From Verrucomicrobiota bacterium (GTDB lineage: Bacteria > Verrucomicrobiota > Verrucomicrobiia > Limisphaerales > AAA164-E04), in assembly GCA_047947115.1 (NCBI GenBank), contig CP170459.1:3520001-3584000 (forward strand): a stretch of DNA of 64,000 bases. Reading direction: 5' to 3'. Every line of letters begins with the position of its first letter. The first letter of the stretch is position 1. The position numbers and the translations under genes are program-made. Below the pieces are notes generated by a model, which worked only from the letters and a program-made list of their open reading frames with translations, was not told the origin of the DNA and did no database searches. This document shows, piece after piece, positions 9,727-19,313 of this stretch.

Positions 9727-10647
9727 ATGAAAACTTCACGTCGACAGTTTATTCGAACTCTGGGAATGGCAGGGGCAGGGTGTACGGTTGCTCCGGGACT
9801 CTCTTTCGTACTGCATGCCCAAATGTCCCGCAAGAACATGGATCCTGACTACGTTGCTGACGACGGTCCGGTGCGGCATTCGGTGATGGGATGGTGTTTT
9901 AATCCGATGCCTCCGGCCGAACTGGCCCGCAAAGGCAAGGCCATGGGGCTTTCCGGAATCGAAGGCATTCCTCAGTCAGCCTATCAGGACGCCATGAAGG
10001 CTGGTTTGAAGATTTCTCTGGTCTCGGGGGGGCATGGATTCAGGGAAGGCCCGTGTCATCCACAGTTCACCAACAAAGTGGTGGATGGTTTGACCAAAGC
10101 CATTCATACCGCTGCTGATATTGGCGCCAGGAACGTGATCACTTTTACAGGTATGCGCTACGAAGGCATGGATCCCACGCGTTCGGCCCGTTTATGTGTG
10201 GAGACCTGGAAAAAAGTATTGCCCATCGCTGAATCCAAGGGAGTCACGCTGGTGCTCGAGCACCTCAATTCAAGAGACAGTTCGCATCCGATGAAAGGGC
10301 ACCCGGGTTACTTTGGGGATGATGTGGATTTTTGTGTCGAGTTGATCAACGAAATTGGATCAGAGCATTTTAAACTTCTGTTTGATATCTACCATGTATC
10401 GGTCATGAACGGGGATGTCATCCGTCGTATCAGGAGATACCATCCGGTTATCGGGCATTATCACACCGCAGGCAATCCGGGCCGGGGGGAGCTGGATAAC
10501 AATCAGGAAATCAATTACCCGGCTGTTATCAGGGAAATCCTCCGAACCGGCTACGAAGGATTCATCTCTCACGAATTCATCCCGACCTGGGACGATCCCA
10601 TGGCGTCCTTGCGTCATGGGATTCAGGTCTGTGATGTGCGGATCTGA
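9727..10647 (+). CDS. Tat-exported hydroxypyruvate isomerase-like TIM-barrel protein
   Basis: SRRQFI twin-arginine signal; LEHLN, LLFDIYH, GHYHTAGNPGR, EINY, HEFIP motifs of the Hyi/AP endonuclease 2 family. Confidence 0.85.
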   Translation: MKTSRRQFIRTLGMAGAGCTVAPGLSFVLHAQMSRKNMDPDYVADDGPVRHSVMGWCFNPMPPAELARKGKAMGLSGIEGIPQSAYQDAMKAGLKISLVSGGHGFREGPCHPQFTNKVVDGLTKAIHTAADIGARNVITFTGMRYEGMDPTRSARLCVETWKKVLPIAESKGVTLVLEHLNSRDSSHPMKGHPGYFGDDVDFCVELINEIGSEHFKLLFDIYHVSVMNGDVIRRIRRYHPVIGHYHTAGNPGRGELDNNQEINYPAVIREILRTGYEGFISHEFIPTWDDPMASLRHGIQVCDVRI

Positions 10648-11040
10648 CGGGGTCACGCTTTTGCAAGCGCGGCAACGCAGCTGCGATTCCTTGGGCAAAG
10701 GGCTAGTGCTGGGATTTTCCCGTTTCATCCCTGCCCAGAAAGTGACGTGCCAGTAGCAAGGCTGATACGGGGCACAAGGCGGCGATCAATAAGATGATAA
10801 TGGTAGTAAGGTCCATGGCTGCAAATGTTCAGGATTTGATGTCTATGATACCGCCCCGATTTGGCACGGGGCGGTGTGAGTCTCTTGCATAGCATTACCA
10901 CTATGGGGTTGGGCTCCACATAATTTGTCAAGCTGTTGCCTTTTGTTGGCGTGGATCGATTGCGTTTTTCGTATTGCGTTATTCAAGTTCTTTTTGCAGA
11001 GATTGTTCAGCCAACATTCCATTCAGCCGAATATAAAATT

Positions 11041-11871
11041 ATGAGTATTGCCTTAGATCAAGTTTTTCATCCGACCGATTTTTCTGAAGGAAATCAATCT
11101 GCCATGGCGCATGCGTTGAGGTTGGCGCAGTTGGCGCGTGGGGAATTTTCCGTGCTGCACGTCACCGAGCCAAACACGGATGTCGAGTGGGGAGCTTTTC
11201 CTCCTGTCCGCAAACTGCTGCAGCAATGGGGGCTGTTGGGGGAAGGAGCCGAGCATGAGGATGTGGTTCGGCTTGGATTGTTGGTCAAGAAAGTGGTGAG
11301 ATCCGGCAAAAAGGCCGTGCCGGTCATCAGTAAATATGTGGCCGATCATGAGCCTGATTTGATTGTTTTGTCTACTCATCAGCGGAAAGGCATGGCGAGA
11401 TGGCTAAGCGACGCCACTGCCGAACCTATCGCTCGATCTTCCAAAGTGGCGACCTTGTTCGTGCCACGACAGGTCCATGGTTTTATTTCCAAAGAAACCG
11501 GAAACATCATGCTCAAGCGCATCCTGATCCCCATTCATCATGCCCCCATGCCTCACGGAGCCGTGGAGGCTGCGGTTCGGCTGGCCGAGATTTGTGAGTG
11601 TGATGATGTCGTCCTTACTACTCTTTATGTGGGGAAGGAAGGAGACCAGCCCTCTGTGGAAATACCGCTCAGGGATGGTTGGCAGGTTGAACACCTCGTC
11701 AGGGAGGGGGATGTCGTGGAAGATATTCTTTCCTGCAGCGAAGACAATCACGCCGATTTAATCGTGATGGCAACACAAGGGCAAAACGGGTTCCTCGATG
11801 CTCTGCGTGGAAGCACCACTGAACAGGTGCTCCAACAGGCCAAATGTCCATTGCTGGCCATACCTCGGTAA
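11041..11871 (+). CDS. Universal stress protein with two USP domains
   Basis: HPTDFS, DLIVLST, DLIVMATQG...GSTTEQVL...CPLLAI; ATG 11041 preferred over TTG 10936. Confidence 0.9.
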   Translation: MSIALDQVFHPTDFSEGNQSAMAHALRLAQLARGEFSVLHVTEPNTDVEWGAFPPVRKLLQQWGLLGEGAEHEDVVRLGLLVKKVVRSGKKAVPVISKYVADHEPDLIVLSTHQRKGMARWLSDATAEPIARSSKVATLFVPRQVHGFISKETGNIMLKRILIPIHHAPMPHGAVEAAVRLAEICECDDVVLTTLYVGKEGDQPSVEIPLRDGWQVEHLVREGDVVEDILSCSEDNHADLIVMATQGQNGFLDALRGSTTEQVLQQAKCPLLAIPR

Positions 11872-12074
11872 GATGAGTCGGTTTGTCACCTTTTGTTCGG
11901 TGGTCGTGTTGTCTTTTCGGCATGCAACAATAACTGATCATCGAATAACAAAATAGTGTAAGACACCTTCACGCGCTCAGATCAACCTATGGGCATCAAA
12001 GTGAGTGCCACTTCTCTTTAACCGGTCCTTTCAGATGGTTGAAAGGACCGGAAGCCGAGGGGTACAGTCACTCG

Positions 12075-14546
12075 ATGATGCCAATGTCGTTGATTGCTTC
12101 AGCAGAAAACAGCAGCACCACCACTGAAAGGAGTGGTGAGTCTGTCCTGTGCTTTCATTGTGGCACACCTTGTGCCGATCACCAATGGGATCACCAGGAC
12201 CGGTCTTTCTGTTGCCAGGGTTGCCGGATTGTCTATGACCTGCTGAATGAGAACGGCCTGAGCAGTTTTTACCGTATCCAGCCTCAATCGGGCGTAAGAG
12301 TTGAGGCGGGAGCCGATTCGGATCGTTTCGCGTATCTTGATGACGCTGTTGTGCTGGATGCCTTGCTGGACTATCATCAGGGCCGGCGGGCAAAGGTTAC
12401 TTTTTCAATTCCTTCCATTCATTGCGTGGCCTGTGTGTGGTTGTTGGAGAACCTTTATCAATTGGGCACCGGGGTGGGTGAGTCCAAAGTCAATTTCCCG
12501 CGCAAGGAGGTTCGCATCAATTTTGATCCCACAGTTCTTAAATTAAGCGAACTTGTCCACCTGCTCACCCGGATGGGTTATGAACCTGAGTTGACCTGGT
12601 CGGATGTTTCAGGGAAGACTGGCAAATCTCGCTTTAAACGCATCCACCTGCAGGTTGGGATAGCGGGTTTTGCCTTTGGGAACATCATGTTGTTCAGTTT
12701 TCCGGCTTATGCGGGAATGAACCAGTTGGACGGTCATGGTTTTCATGCTTTTTTTGCTTGGCTCGGGGTGTTGGTTTCTGTGCCTGTTTTGTTATACAGC
12801 GCGCTTGATTATTGGAAAGCCGTCTGGAACTGCTGGAGCAGGCGCATGTTGACCATTGAATTTCCCATTGCCATGGGATTGGTGGCTCTTTTCGGGCAGA
12901 GTCTTTACGAAATTTCAAGCGGGACCGGGGATGGGTATCTGGATTCATTTTGCGGACTCGTGTTTTTTCTGTTGTGCGGAAGATTGTTTCAACAGAAGAC
13001 CTATGATCGCATGTCGTTTGATCGGGATTTCCGTTCCTTTTTTCCGTTGTCCGTCATTCGCCTGGAAGAAAACAAAGAACGAACTGTGCCTGTTTCCTCG
13101 GTTCAGATTGGCGACAGGGTCCTGCTCAGGCACGGCGACCTGGTTCCTGCTGATGCCCGGTTGCTGGCTGGGGAAGCGGTCATGGATTACAGCTTTGTCA
13201 CAGGCGAATCCGATCCGGTGGAATGCCGGGAAGGTGATAAAGTTTATGCCGGAGGTCGACAAAAGGGGGGGCGAATGGAAGTGGAAATCATCAAACCCGT
13301 TTCTCAGAGCTACCTGACTTCGCTTTGGAATCAGGACGTGTTTAACAAAGCGGGGAGGGGGATGCTTCAGTCGATTACGGATCGAATCAGCCGCTATTTC
13401 ACTGTTGCCGTGGTCGGAGTTGCAACCGCTTCGGCTGCCTATTGGGCGGTGGTTGATTCCGGGAAAGCTTTGAATGCCTTTACTTCGGTTTTGATTGTGG
13501 CTTGTCCCTGCGCCCTAGCTCTGGCGGCGCCTTTTGTTCACGGGGCGGCGCTGCGGCTTCTGGGGGCCAGGGGGATTTTTGCCCGGAATGGAGAGACGCT
13601 TGAGGCTGTGCCGACCACCGACACGGTGGTGTTTGATAAAACGGGCACCTTGACCCAGTCCAGTCAAAGCACAATCATTTTCGATGGGGAACCTTTGAGC
13701 GACAAGGAAGCCGCATGTCTCGATTCCCTGGCAAGGCATTCCACCCATCCTCACTGTCTGTCCATTGCCTCTTTTCTGTCCGAATTCAATGTTTACCCGG
13801 AACCGGTCCGGTCCTTCCTCGAGACGAGTGGGAAGGGGATTGAGGGAACGGTGTGTGGAATGGAAATTTGGATGGGAGCGGCCGCTTGGTTGGAGTCTCG
13901 TCAGGTGAATTTGCCGGACGACATGGAACGGCAGGGTTCTGTTGTGCATGTCGCCGTTCAGGGAGTTTATCGTGGCAGTTTTCGCATGACGGCACCCTAT
14001 CGGCCCGAGATTGATCATATGTTGGAAAGGATAGGGAGAAGGCGGAAGCTGGCATTGCTTACCGGGGATCGTGATCGGGAAGCGGTTCGGCTGGCCGAAT
14101 TGTTGGGGGGGGATACGCCCTTGCTGTTTGAACAGTCGCCGCATGACAAGTTGAACTATGTGAAATCCCTTCAGGAAGCCGGTCGGCGGGTGTTGATGGT
14201 CGGGGATGGATTGAATGACTCCGGAGCTTTGAAACAGAGTCATGTGGGGGTTGCCGTTTCAGAAGATGTCGGACGATTTACTCCCTCCAGTGATGTGATC
14301 ATCCGGGCGGACAGGGTGAAGGATTTGGAACGTCTGGTTCGGTTTTGCGGGGGGATGACTCGGGTTATCTACGCCGCTTTTGCGATTTCGGTCTTATACA
14401 ATTTGTTGGGTGTGACATTCGCTGCCCGAGGTCTTTTGTCACCACTTATCTGTGCGGTACTGATGCCTCTCAGCAGCATAACGGTCGTAACCTTTGCCTG
14501 TTTCGCGACGAAATGGCAGGGGCATAAAGCAGGATTAACGAAATAG
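12075..14546 (+). CDS. ccoI: P1B-type copper ATPase for cbb3 oxidase assembly
   Basis: N-terminal CFHCG...CCQGC, HMA CVAC, TGES, CPC, DKTGT, HP, GDGLND; directly upstream of ccoS/ccoN. Start uncertain (12039-12084). Confidence 0.9.
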   Translation: MMPMSLIASAENSSTTTERSGESVLCFHCGTPCADHQWDHQDRSFCCQGCRIVYDLLNENGLSSFYRIQPQSGVRVEAGADSDRFAYLDDAVVLDALLDYHQGRRAKVTFSIPSIHCVACVWLLENLYQLGTGVGESKVNFPRKEVRINFDPTVLKLSELVHLLTRMGYEPELTWSDVSGKTGKSRFKRIHLQVGIAGFAFGNIMLFSFPAYAGMNQLDGHGFHAFFAWLGVLVSVPVLLYSALDYWKAVWNCWSRRMLTIEFPIAMGLVALFGQSLYEISSGTGDGYLDSFCGLVFFLLCGRLFQQKTYDRMSFDRDFRSFFPLSVIRLEENKERTVPVSSVQIGDRVLLRHGDLVPADARLLAGEAVMDYSFVTGESDPVECREGDKVYAGGRQKGGRMEVEIIKPVSQSYLTSLWNQDVFNKAGRGMLQSITDRISRYFTVAVVGVATASAAYWAVVDSGKALNAFTSVLIVACPCALALAAPFVHGAALRLLGARGIFARNGETLEAVPTTDTVVFDKTGTLTQSSQSTIIFDGEPLSDKEAACLDSLARHSTHPHCLSIASFLSEFNVYPEPVRSFLETSGKGIEGTVCGMEIWMGAAAWLESRQVNLPDDMERQGSVVHVAVQGVYRGSFRMTAPYRPEIDHMLERIGRRRKLALLTGDRDREAVRLAELLGGDTPLLFEQSPHDKLNYVKSLQEAGRRVLMVGDGLNDSGALKQSHVGVAVSEDVGRFTPSSDVIIRADRVKDLERLVRFCGGMTRVIYAAFAISVLYNLLGVTFAARGLLSPLICAVLMPLSSITVVTFACFATKWQGHKAGLTK

Positions 14547-14551
14547 AAACG

Positions 14552-14713
14552 ATGAGTGTTGTTTACATACTTGTACTGGCCAGTCTGGTGATTGCATCAG
14601 GTTTTCTGGCGGGCTTTATCTGGGCGGTTCGATCCGGTCAGTTCGAGGACACCTGCACTCCTTCCATGAGGGTGCTGAACGATGAGGAATGTCATGGGAA
14701 TTTGGATACATAA
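14552..14713 (+). CDS. ccoS: cbb3-type cytochrome oxidase assembly protein (53 aa, below ORF-track cutoff)
   Basis: Translated by hand: MSVVYILVLASLVIASGFLAGFIWAVRSGQFEDTCTPSMRVLNDEE..., with the typical WAxxxGQFED motif. Confidence 0.9.
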   Translation: MSVVYILVLASLVIASGFLAGFIWAVRSGQFEDTCTPSMRVLNDEECHGNLDT

Positions 14714-14740
14714 ACATTGGGAACAAGAATACTAAAGAAA

Positions 14741-16885
14741 ATGAGCACTAACATTGAAACGTTCAAATACGACAATCGCATCGTGCGCGCTTTTGCGATC
14801 GCGACGGTGCTTTGGGGCGTGGTGGGGATGAGTGTGGGGCTGCTTGCAGCCCTGCAGTTGTTCATGCCAGCCATGAATCTGGATCTGGCGTTTACGACCT
14901 TTGGTCGCATCCGTCCGCTCCACACCAATGCTGTCATCTTTGCCTTTGTGGGCAACGGGATGTTCATGGGGATCTATTATTCCCTGCAGCGATTGTGCAA
15001 GGCCAGGATGTTCAGCGACAAACTCAGTTGGTTGAATTTCTGGGGATGGAATGCCATCATCGTCGGCGCCGCACTGACCTTGCCGCTGGGGATTACCACC
15101 AGTAAGGAATACGCCGAACTGGAATGGCCCATCGACATCGCCATCGCTCTCATCTGGGTGGTGTTCACCATCAATCTGCTCGGAACCATCATCAAGCGCA
15201 GGGAACGACACATGTATGTGGCCATATGGTTTTACATAGCCACCGCGGTAACGGTTGCCATACTCCATATTTTCAATTCCCTTGAAGTGCCGGTCAGCAT
15301 GACCAAGAGCTACAGTGTTTATGCCGGTGTGCAGGATGCTCTGGTGCAGTGGTGGTACGCGCACAACGCCGTGGCTTTCTTCCTAACGACGCCCTACCTG
15401 GGTTTGATGTATTACTTTCTCCCCAAAGCGGCCAATCGACCGGTGTTTTCCTACCGACTTTCGATTATTCATTTCTGGGCTCTGATCTTTCTCTACATCT
15501 GGGCGGGACCTCATCACCTGTTGTTCACGGCCTTGCCTGATTGGGCGCAGACGCTGGGGATGGTCTTCAGTGTGATGCTGGTGGCTCCTTCCTGGGGTGG
15601 TATGCTGAACGGTCTGCTGACTTTGCGTGGCGCATGGGACAAGGTGCGACAGGATCCCATGTTGAAATTCATGGTGGTTGCGGTGACTGCTTATGGTATG
15701 TCCACGCTTGAAGGACCGTTGTTGTCCATTAAAAGCGTGAACTCATTGTCCCACTACACTGACTGGACCATTGCTCACGTGCATACCGGTGCGTTGGGTT
15801 GGAACGGCTTTTTGACATTCAGCATGCTGTATTGGTTGTTTCCAAAACTTTACAATACCAAACTTTGGTCCACCAAACTGGCCAATTATCATTTCTGGAT
15901 TGGTTTGCTGGGTATCGCACTCTACGTGGTGCCTATGTATTGGGCTGGTTGGACTCAAGGTTTGATGTGGAAAGAATTCACCGAAGAAGGATTTATGGCT
16001 TATCCCAACTTCCTTGAAACGGTGACTCAGTTGATTCCTATGTATCAATTGCGTGCAGTGGGTGGAACCATCTACCTGGTGGGAATGTTCCTGATGGCGT
16101 TCAATCTATACAAGACCGCCAAATCAGGCCAGTTGGAACCCGATACCGAAGCCAAGGCGCCAGCCTTGGACAAGGGAGCGCATGAAGATGAGCCACACCC
16201 CTACAAACATCGTTGGTTGGAATCCAAACCAATCACCATGACCATTCTTGCCGTGATTGCCATTTCTGTGGGCGGTTTGGTTGAAATCGTCCCGATGTAT
16301 CTCATCAAGAGCAATGTGCCCACCATTTCCAGCGTCAAACCTTATACACCGCTGGAGCTGTTGGGACGAGATATCTATATCCGGGAGGGTTGTGTGGGAT
16401 GTCATTCCCAGATGATTCGTCCGTTCCGTTCTGAGACCGAGCGATACGGTGAATACTCCAAGGCGGGTGAATTTGTTTATGATCATCCGTTCTTGTGGGG
16501 ATCAAAACGAACCGGTCCCGATTTGCATCGTGAGGGTGGTAAATATCCCGATGGTTGGCATTATCTGCACATGCAGGATCCCGAGACCACATCGCCCGGA
16601 TCGATCATGCCGAAGTATCCCTGGTTGTACACCCAGGAAATGGAAGTTGACACTTTGGCAGCGCGTATTGGCGCCCTGCGCAAAGTGGGTGTGCCTTACC
16701 CTGAAGGAGCCGAGGACACTGCTCAGCAGGAACTGGAATCCCAGGCTTTGCAGGTTGTTGAAAATCTGAAAAAAGACATGGTTGAAAATCCGGCAACGGA
16801 CAAGGAAATCATCGCCTTGATTGCCTATCTTCAACGACTTGGTCGTGATATCAAGACCGGTGCGGAATCGGAGGTGGCACAATGA
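14741..16885 (+). CDS. ccoNO: Fused cbb3 cytochrome c oxidase subunits I and II
   Basis: RIRPLHTN, QWWYAHN, WAGPHH, HVH metal ligands, then YIREGCVGCHSQMIRP and WGSKRTGPDL of CcoO in one frame. Confidence 0.96.
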   Translation: MSTNIETFKYDNRIVRAFAIATVLWGVVGMSVGLLAALQLFMPAMNLDLAFTTFGRIRPLHTNAVIFAFVGNGMFMGIYYSLQRLCKARMFSDKLSWLNFWGWNAIIVGAALTLPLGITTSKEYAELEWPIDIAIALIWVVFTINLLGTIIKRRERHMYVAIWFYIATAVTVAILHIFNSLEVPVSMTKSYSVYAGVQDALVQWWYAHNAVAFFLTTPYLGLMYYFLPKAANRPVFSYRLSIIHFWALIFLYIWAGPHHLLFTALPDWAQTLGMVFSVMLVAPSWGGMLNGLLTLRGAWDKVRQDPMLKFMVVAVTAYGMSTLEGPLLSIKSVNSLSHYTDWTIAHVHTGALGWNGFLTFSMLYWLFPKLYNTKLWSTKLANYHFWIGLLGIALYVVPMYWAGWTQGLMWKEFTEEGFMAYPNFLETVTQLIPMYQLRAVGGTIYLVGMFLMAFNLYKTAKSGQLEPDTEAKAPALDKGAHEDEPHPYKHRWLESKPITMTILAVIAISVGGLVEIVPMYLIKSNVPTISSVKPYTPLELLGRDIYIREGCVGCHSQMIRPFRSETERYGEYSKAGEFVYDHPFLWGSKRTGPDLHREGGKYPDGWHYLHMQDPETTSPGSIMPKYPWLYTQEMEVDTLAARIGALRKVGVPYPEGAEDTAQQELESQALQVVENLKKDMVENPATDKEIIALIAYLQRLGRDIKTGAESEVAQ

Positions 16886-17076
16886 TCAAGAACGTATTAC
16901 TGGATATTGGAGGTGTCGGCATCTACGGCATTATCGCCCTGTCCATCTTCTTCCTCTTTTTTTCAGGAATGTTGATATGGGTGTTGAACCTCAAGAAAGG
17001 ATATTTGAACCAAGCCGGAAGCATGCCGCTTGAACTGGATTTGAACGAAGAACAAAAGGATACATGCCATGAGTGA
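16882..17076 (+). CDS. ccoQ: cbb3 oxidase small subunit
   Basis: 64 aa, single TM, MPL motif, ATGA overlap with ccoNO. Confidence 0.8.
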   Translation: MIKNVLLDIGGVGIYGIIALSIFFLFFSGMLIWVLNLKKGYLNQAGSMPLELDLNEEQKDTCHE

Positions 17077-17656
17077 AGAAAAAGATCCCTTGTTGATGAG
17101 TCACGAGGCGGACGGCATCAAGGAACTGGACAATAATTTGCCTCGTTGGTGGGTTTGGTTGTTCAACCTCTGTATCGCCTTCAGTATAGTGTATGTGCTG
17201 TATTACCATGTTCTGAACATGGGGATGTCGAGCGCCGAAGCCTATGATGCGGCCATGAAGATCGCCAATGAACAGAAAGCGGCTGCGATAGCCAAGTTTG
17301 AAACAGATATGGCCACGATGGAACCGTCCACAGACCAGGCTGTTTTGAGCGCCGGACAAAAAACGTTCGTCACTTACTGTTCACCTTGTCATGGCATGGA
17401 AGGACAAGGATTGGTGGGATCCAATTTGACGGATGATTATTGGATCCACGGATCGGATTTCAAGGACACCTTGAAGACCATTTCCGAAGGCGTGCCTGCC
17501 AAGGGGATGTTGACGTGGAAGGACCAGATGCGTCCCTCTGAAATCTATGCGGTGGGATGTTACATCTTCACCCTGCGAGGCACGAATCCGCCCAACCCCA
17601 AAGCACCTGAAAACGAAATCACAACACCCGCCATTGACGCGGGAATGTTTGAATAA
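17069..17656 (+). CDS. ccoP: cbb3 oxidase subunit III, short mono-heme form
   Basis: HEADGIKELDNNLPRWW N-terminal motif, one CSPCH, NLTDDYWIHG, KGMLTW. Confidence 0.9.
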   Translation: MSEEKDPLLMSHEADGIKELDNNLPRWWVWLFNLCIAFSIVYVLYYHVLNMGMSSAEAYDAAMKIANEQKAAAIAKFETDMATMEPSTDQAVLSAGQKTFVTYCSPCHGMEGQGLVGSNLTDDYWIHGSDFKDTLKTISEGVPAKGMLTWKDQMRPSEIYAVGCYIFTLRGTNPPNPKAPENEITTPAIDAGMFE

Positions 17657-17694
17657 CGTTTGCGTTTAACGCGCATTTACTGCGTTTGAAAATC

Positions 17695-17727
17695 AAAGCG
17701 GAATGAGGAAATTCATTCCGCTTTTTT
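17695..17727 (+). terminator. Intrinsic terminator of the cco operon
   Basis: AAAGCGGAATGA-GGAAAT-TCATTCCGCTTTTTT. Confidence 0.85.
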
Positions 17728-17740
17728 AGTTGCCGGCTTG

Positions 17741-17949
17741 TAGTTGATAGTTGATAGTTGATAGTTGTTAGTTGTTAGTTGTTAGTTGTTAGTTGTTAGT
17801 TGTTAGTTGTTAGAGTTTATTCTCTAAAAGCTAAAAGCTAAAAGCTAAAAGCTAAAAGCTAAAAGCTAAAAGCTAACTGCTAAAAGCTAAAAGCTAACTG
17901 CTAACTGCTAACTGCTAACTGCTAACTGCTAACTGCTAACTGCTAACAG
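17741..17949. repeat. Two oppositely oriented heptamer tandem arrays
   Basis: (TAGTTGA)3(TAGTTGT)7 at 17741-17810; 18 units of CTAAAAG/CTAACTG/CTAACAG at 17824-17949. Confidence 0.95.
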
Positions 17950-17974
17950 CCAGCTCCTATTGATTGTTTCGAAG

Positions 17975-18868
17975 TTAGGGCAGCCACTTCCTCAGAGTGG
18001 CCAGGTCGGTTTCCAATGCGTCGGTGTTTGCCTTGAGCCCTGCGTGGTCCAGGTATTCGACATGCAGTGAGATGGGGCCATCGAATGCATGGAGCCGATC
18101 TTTTGTGAAGAAGCCGCTATCCACCCATCCTTTGCCCAGAGGCACATTCTCGACCTTGCCATCTTTCCATAGAAAATCCTTTACATAGACGGCTCCAAGA
18201 TGCGGTTGAATCATGTTCCAGTAAACCGGCCAGCTCATGCCGGCTTCGACCTTGGCATGGCGAATATCGAATCCGACCGCCATCTGATCCACGGGGATTC
18301 CCTCCATCAGGGAACTCAGATCCCAAAGTGTGCTTCCCAGATAACGAGCCCCGGCGTGGTTCTGATAGATGGCCTGCATGCCAAGTTCCTTGTTGAGGTC
18401 GGCCAGGTCCTTTGCCATGGAGCGAAAATCGGCCAGTTGTCTGGAGATCGGTTTGTTGAGGTCATATCGATAATAATTCATCCGATATCGTTTGATACCC
18501 AGCTTTGAGGCCGTCTGGAGGGTCTTGATCGATAAGGGATCGTCGGCCCGATTGATGCCGGAGGCCATGATGGTCATTTCCAGCCCATGTTGTTTCAAAG
18601 CGGCCATCAATTTCGGCAGTTCCTCTTCGACGTGTTCGGGGAGGATTTGGCCACCGGGACGAATGGTTCCCTCGATGCCGTCGAAACCAAGTCGCTTGAT
18701 GCTTGCCGCGAGATCTTCGTGGGATAATTCCTGCAAGAACTTGACGAAGGCGCAGATGGGGTGTGGTTTGGAATCGGCTGCGTTGAGCCAATGATGTTGT
18801 AAGCACGCAGCTGCTCCAGTGACGACAGCGGCCTGGCGTAAAAAATGTCTTCGGTTGCTTGTTTTCAT
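17975..18868 (-). CDS. Tat-exported sugar phosphate isomerase/epimerase (xylose isomerase-like TIM barrel)
   Basis: NRRHFL signal; GFDGIE, YQNHAG, FDIRHA, YVKDF, SLHVEY. Confidence 0.85.
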   Translation of the reverse strand: MKTSNRRHFLRQAAVVTGAAACLQHHWLNAADSKPHPICAFVKFLQELSHEDLAASIKRLGFDGIEGTIRPGGQILPEHVEEELPKLMAALKQHGLEMTIMASGINRADDPLSIKTLQTASKLGIKRYRMNYYRYDLNKPISRQLADFRSMAKDLADLNKELGMQAIYQNHAGARYLGSTLWDLSSLMEGIPVDQMAVGFDIRHAKVEAGMSWPVYWNMIQPHLGAVYVKDFLWKDGKVENVPLGKGWVDSGFFTKDRLHAFDGPISLHVEYLDHAGLKANTDALETDLATLRKWLP

Positions 18869-19011
18869 GGATGCAAAAGGATGACCTTCAGCCTAACCAC
18901 AAAAAAAGTTTCAACCAAGTCGAATTCCAAATGATATCCATGTGAAAAAAAACTAGCGAGAAGGGGGTGGATCGACGCATGATGAGGGTTCGTTAGGATT
19001 GAAACGAAGCA

Positions 19012-19251
19012 ATGAAGGCCAAAATTATCATCACACCCAAGAAAGCCGTCCTCGACCCCCAGGGCAAGGCCGTGCTCAACGCGTTGGAGCACATGGGTTA
19101 CGAAGGGGTTCAGGATGTCCATGTTGGGCGTTTTCTGGAGTTGGAGCTGGACGGTGATCGTGCCGCTTTGGAGCCGAAAATTGAGGAAGCATGTCACCGC
19201 TTGCTGTCGAATCCGGTCATTGAGGACTATCGGATTGAATGGGAGGATTGA
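19012..19251 (+). CDS. purS: FGAM synthase subunit PurS
   Basis: VLDPQGKA, LLSNPVIEDY. Confidence 0.95.
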   Translation: MKAKIIITPKKAVLDPQGKAVLNALEHMGYEGVQDVHVGRFLELELDGDRAALEPKIEEACHRLLSNPVIEDYRIEWED

Positions 19252-19313
19252 GTTTTAGGCTTTCTTCAGCCCAAGCCCCCCGGTGAATTCATCGTTTGAC
19301 GATTACGACACAC

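Noticed and set aside
10836..10849. FNR box as a stand-alone feature
   Set aside because: Only 8/10 match and ~190 bp from the USP start; no clean site before ccoI
18870..19010. Purine or ZTP riboswitch upstream of purS
   Set aside because: No recognisable aptamer consensus or terminator
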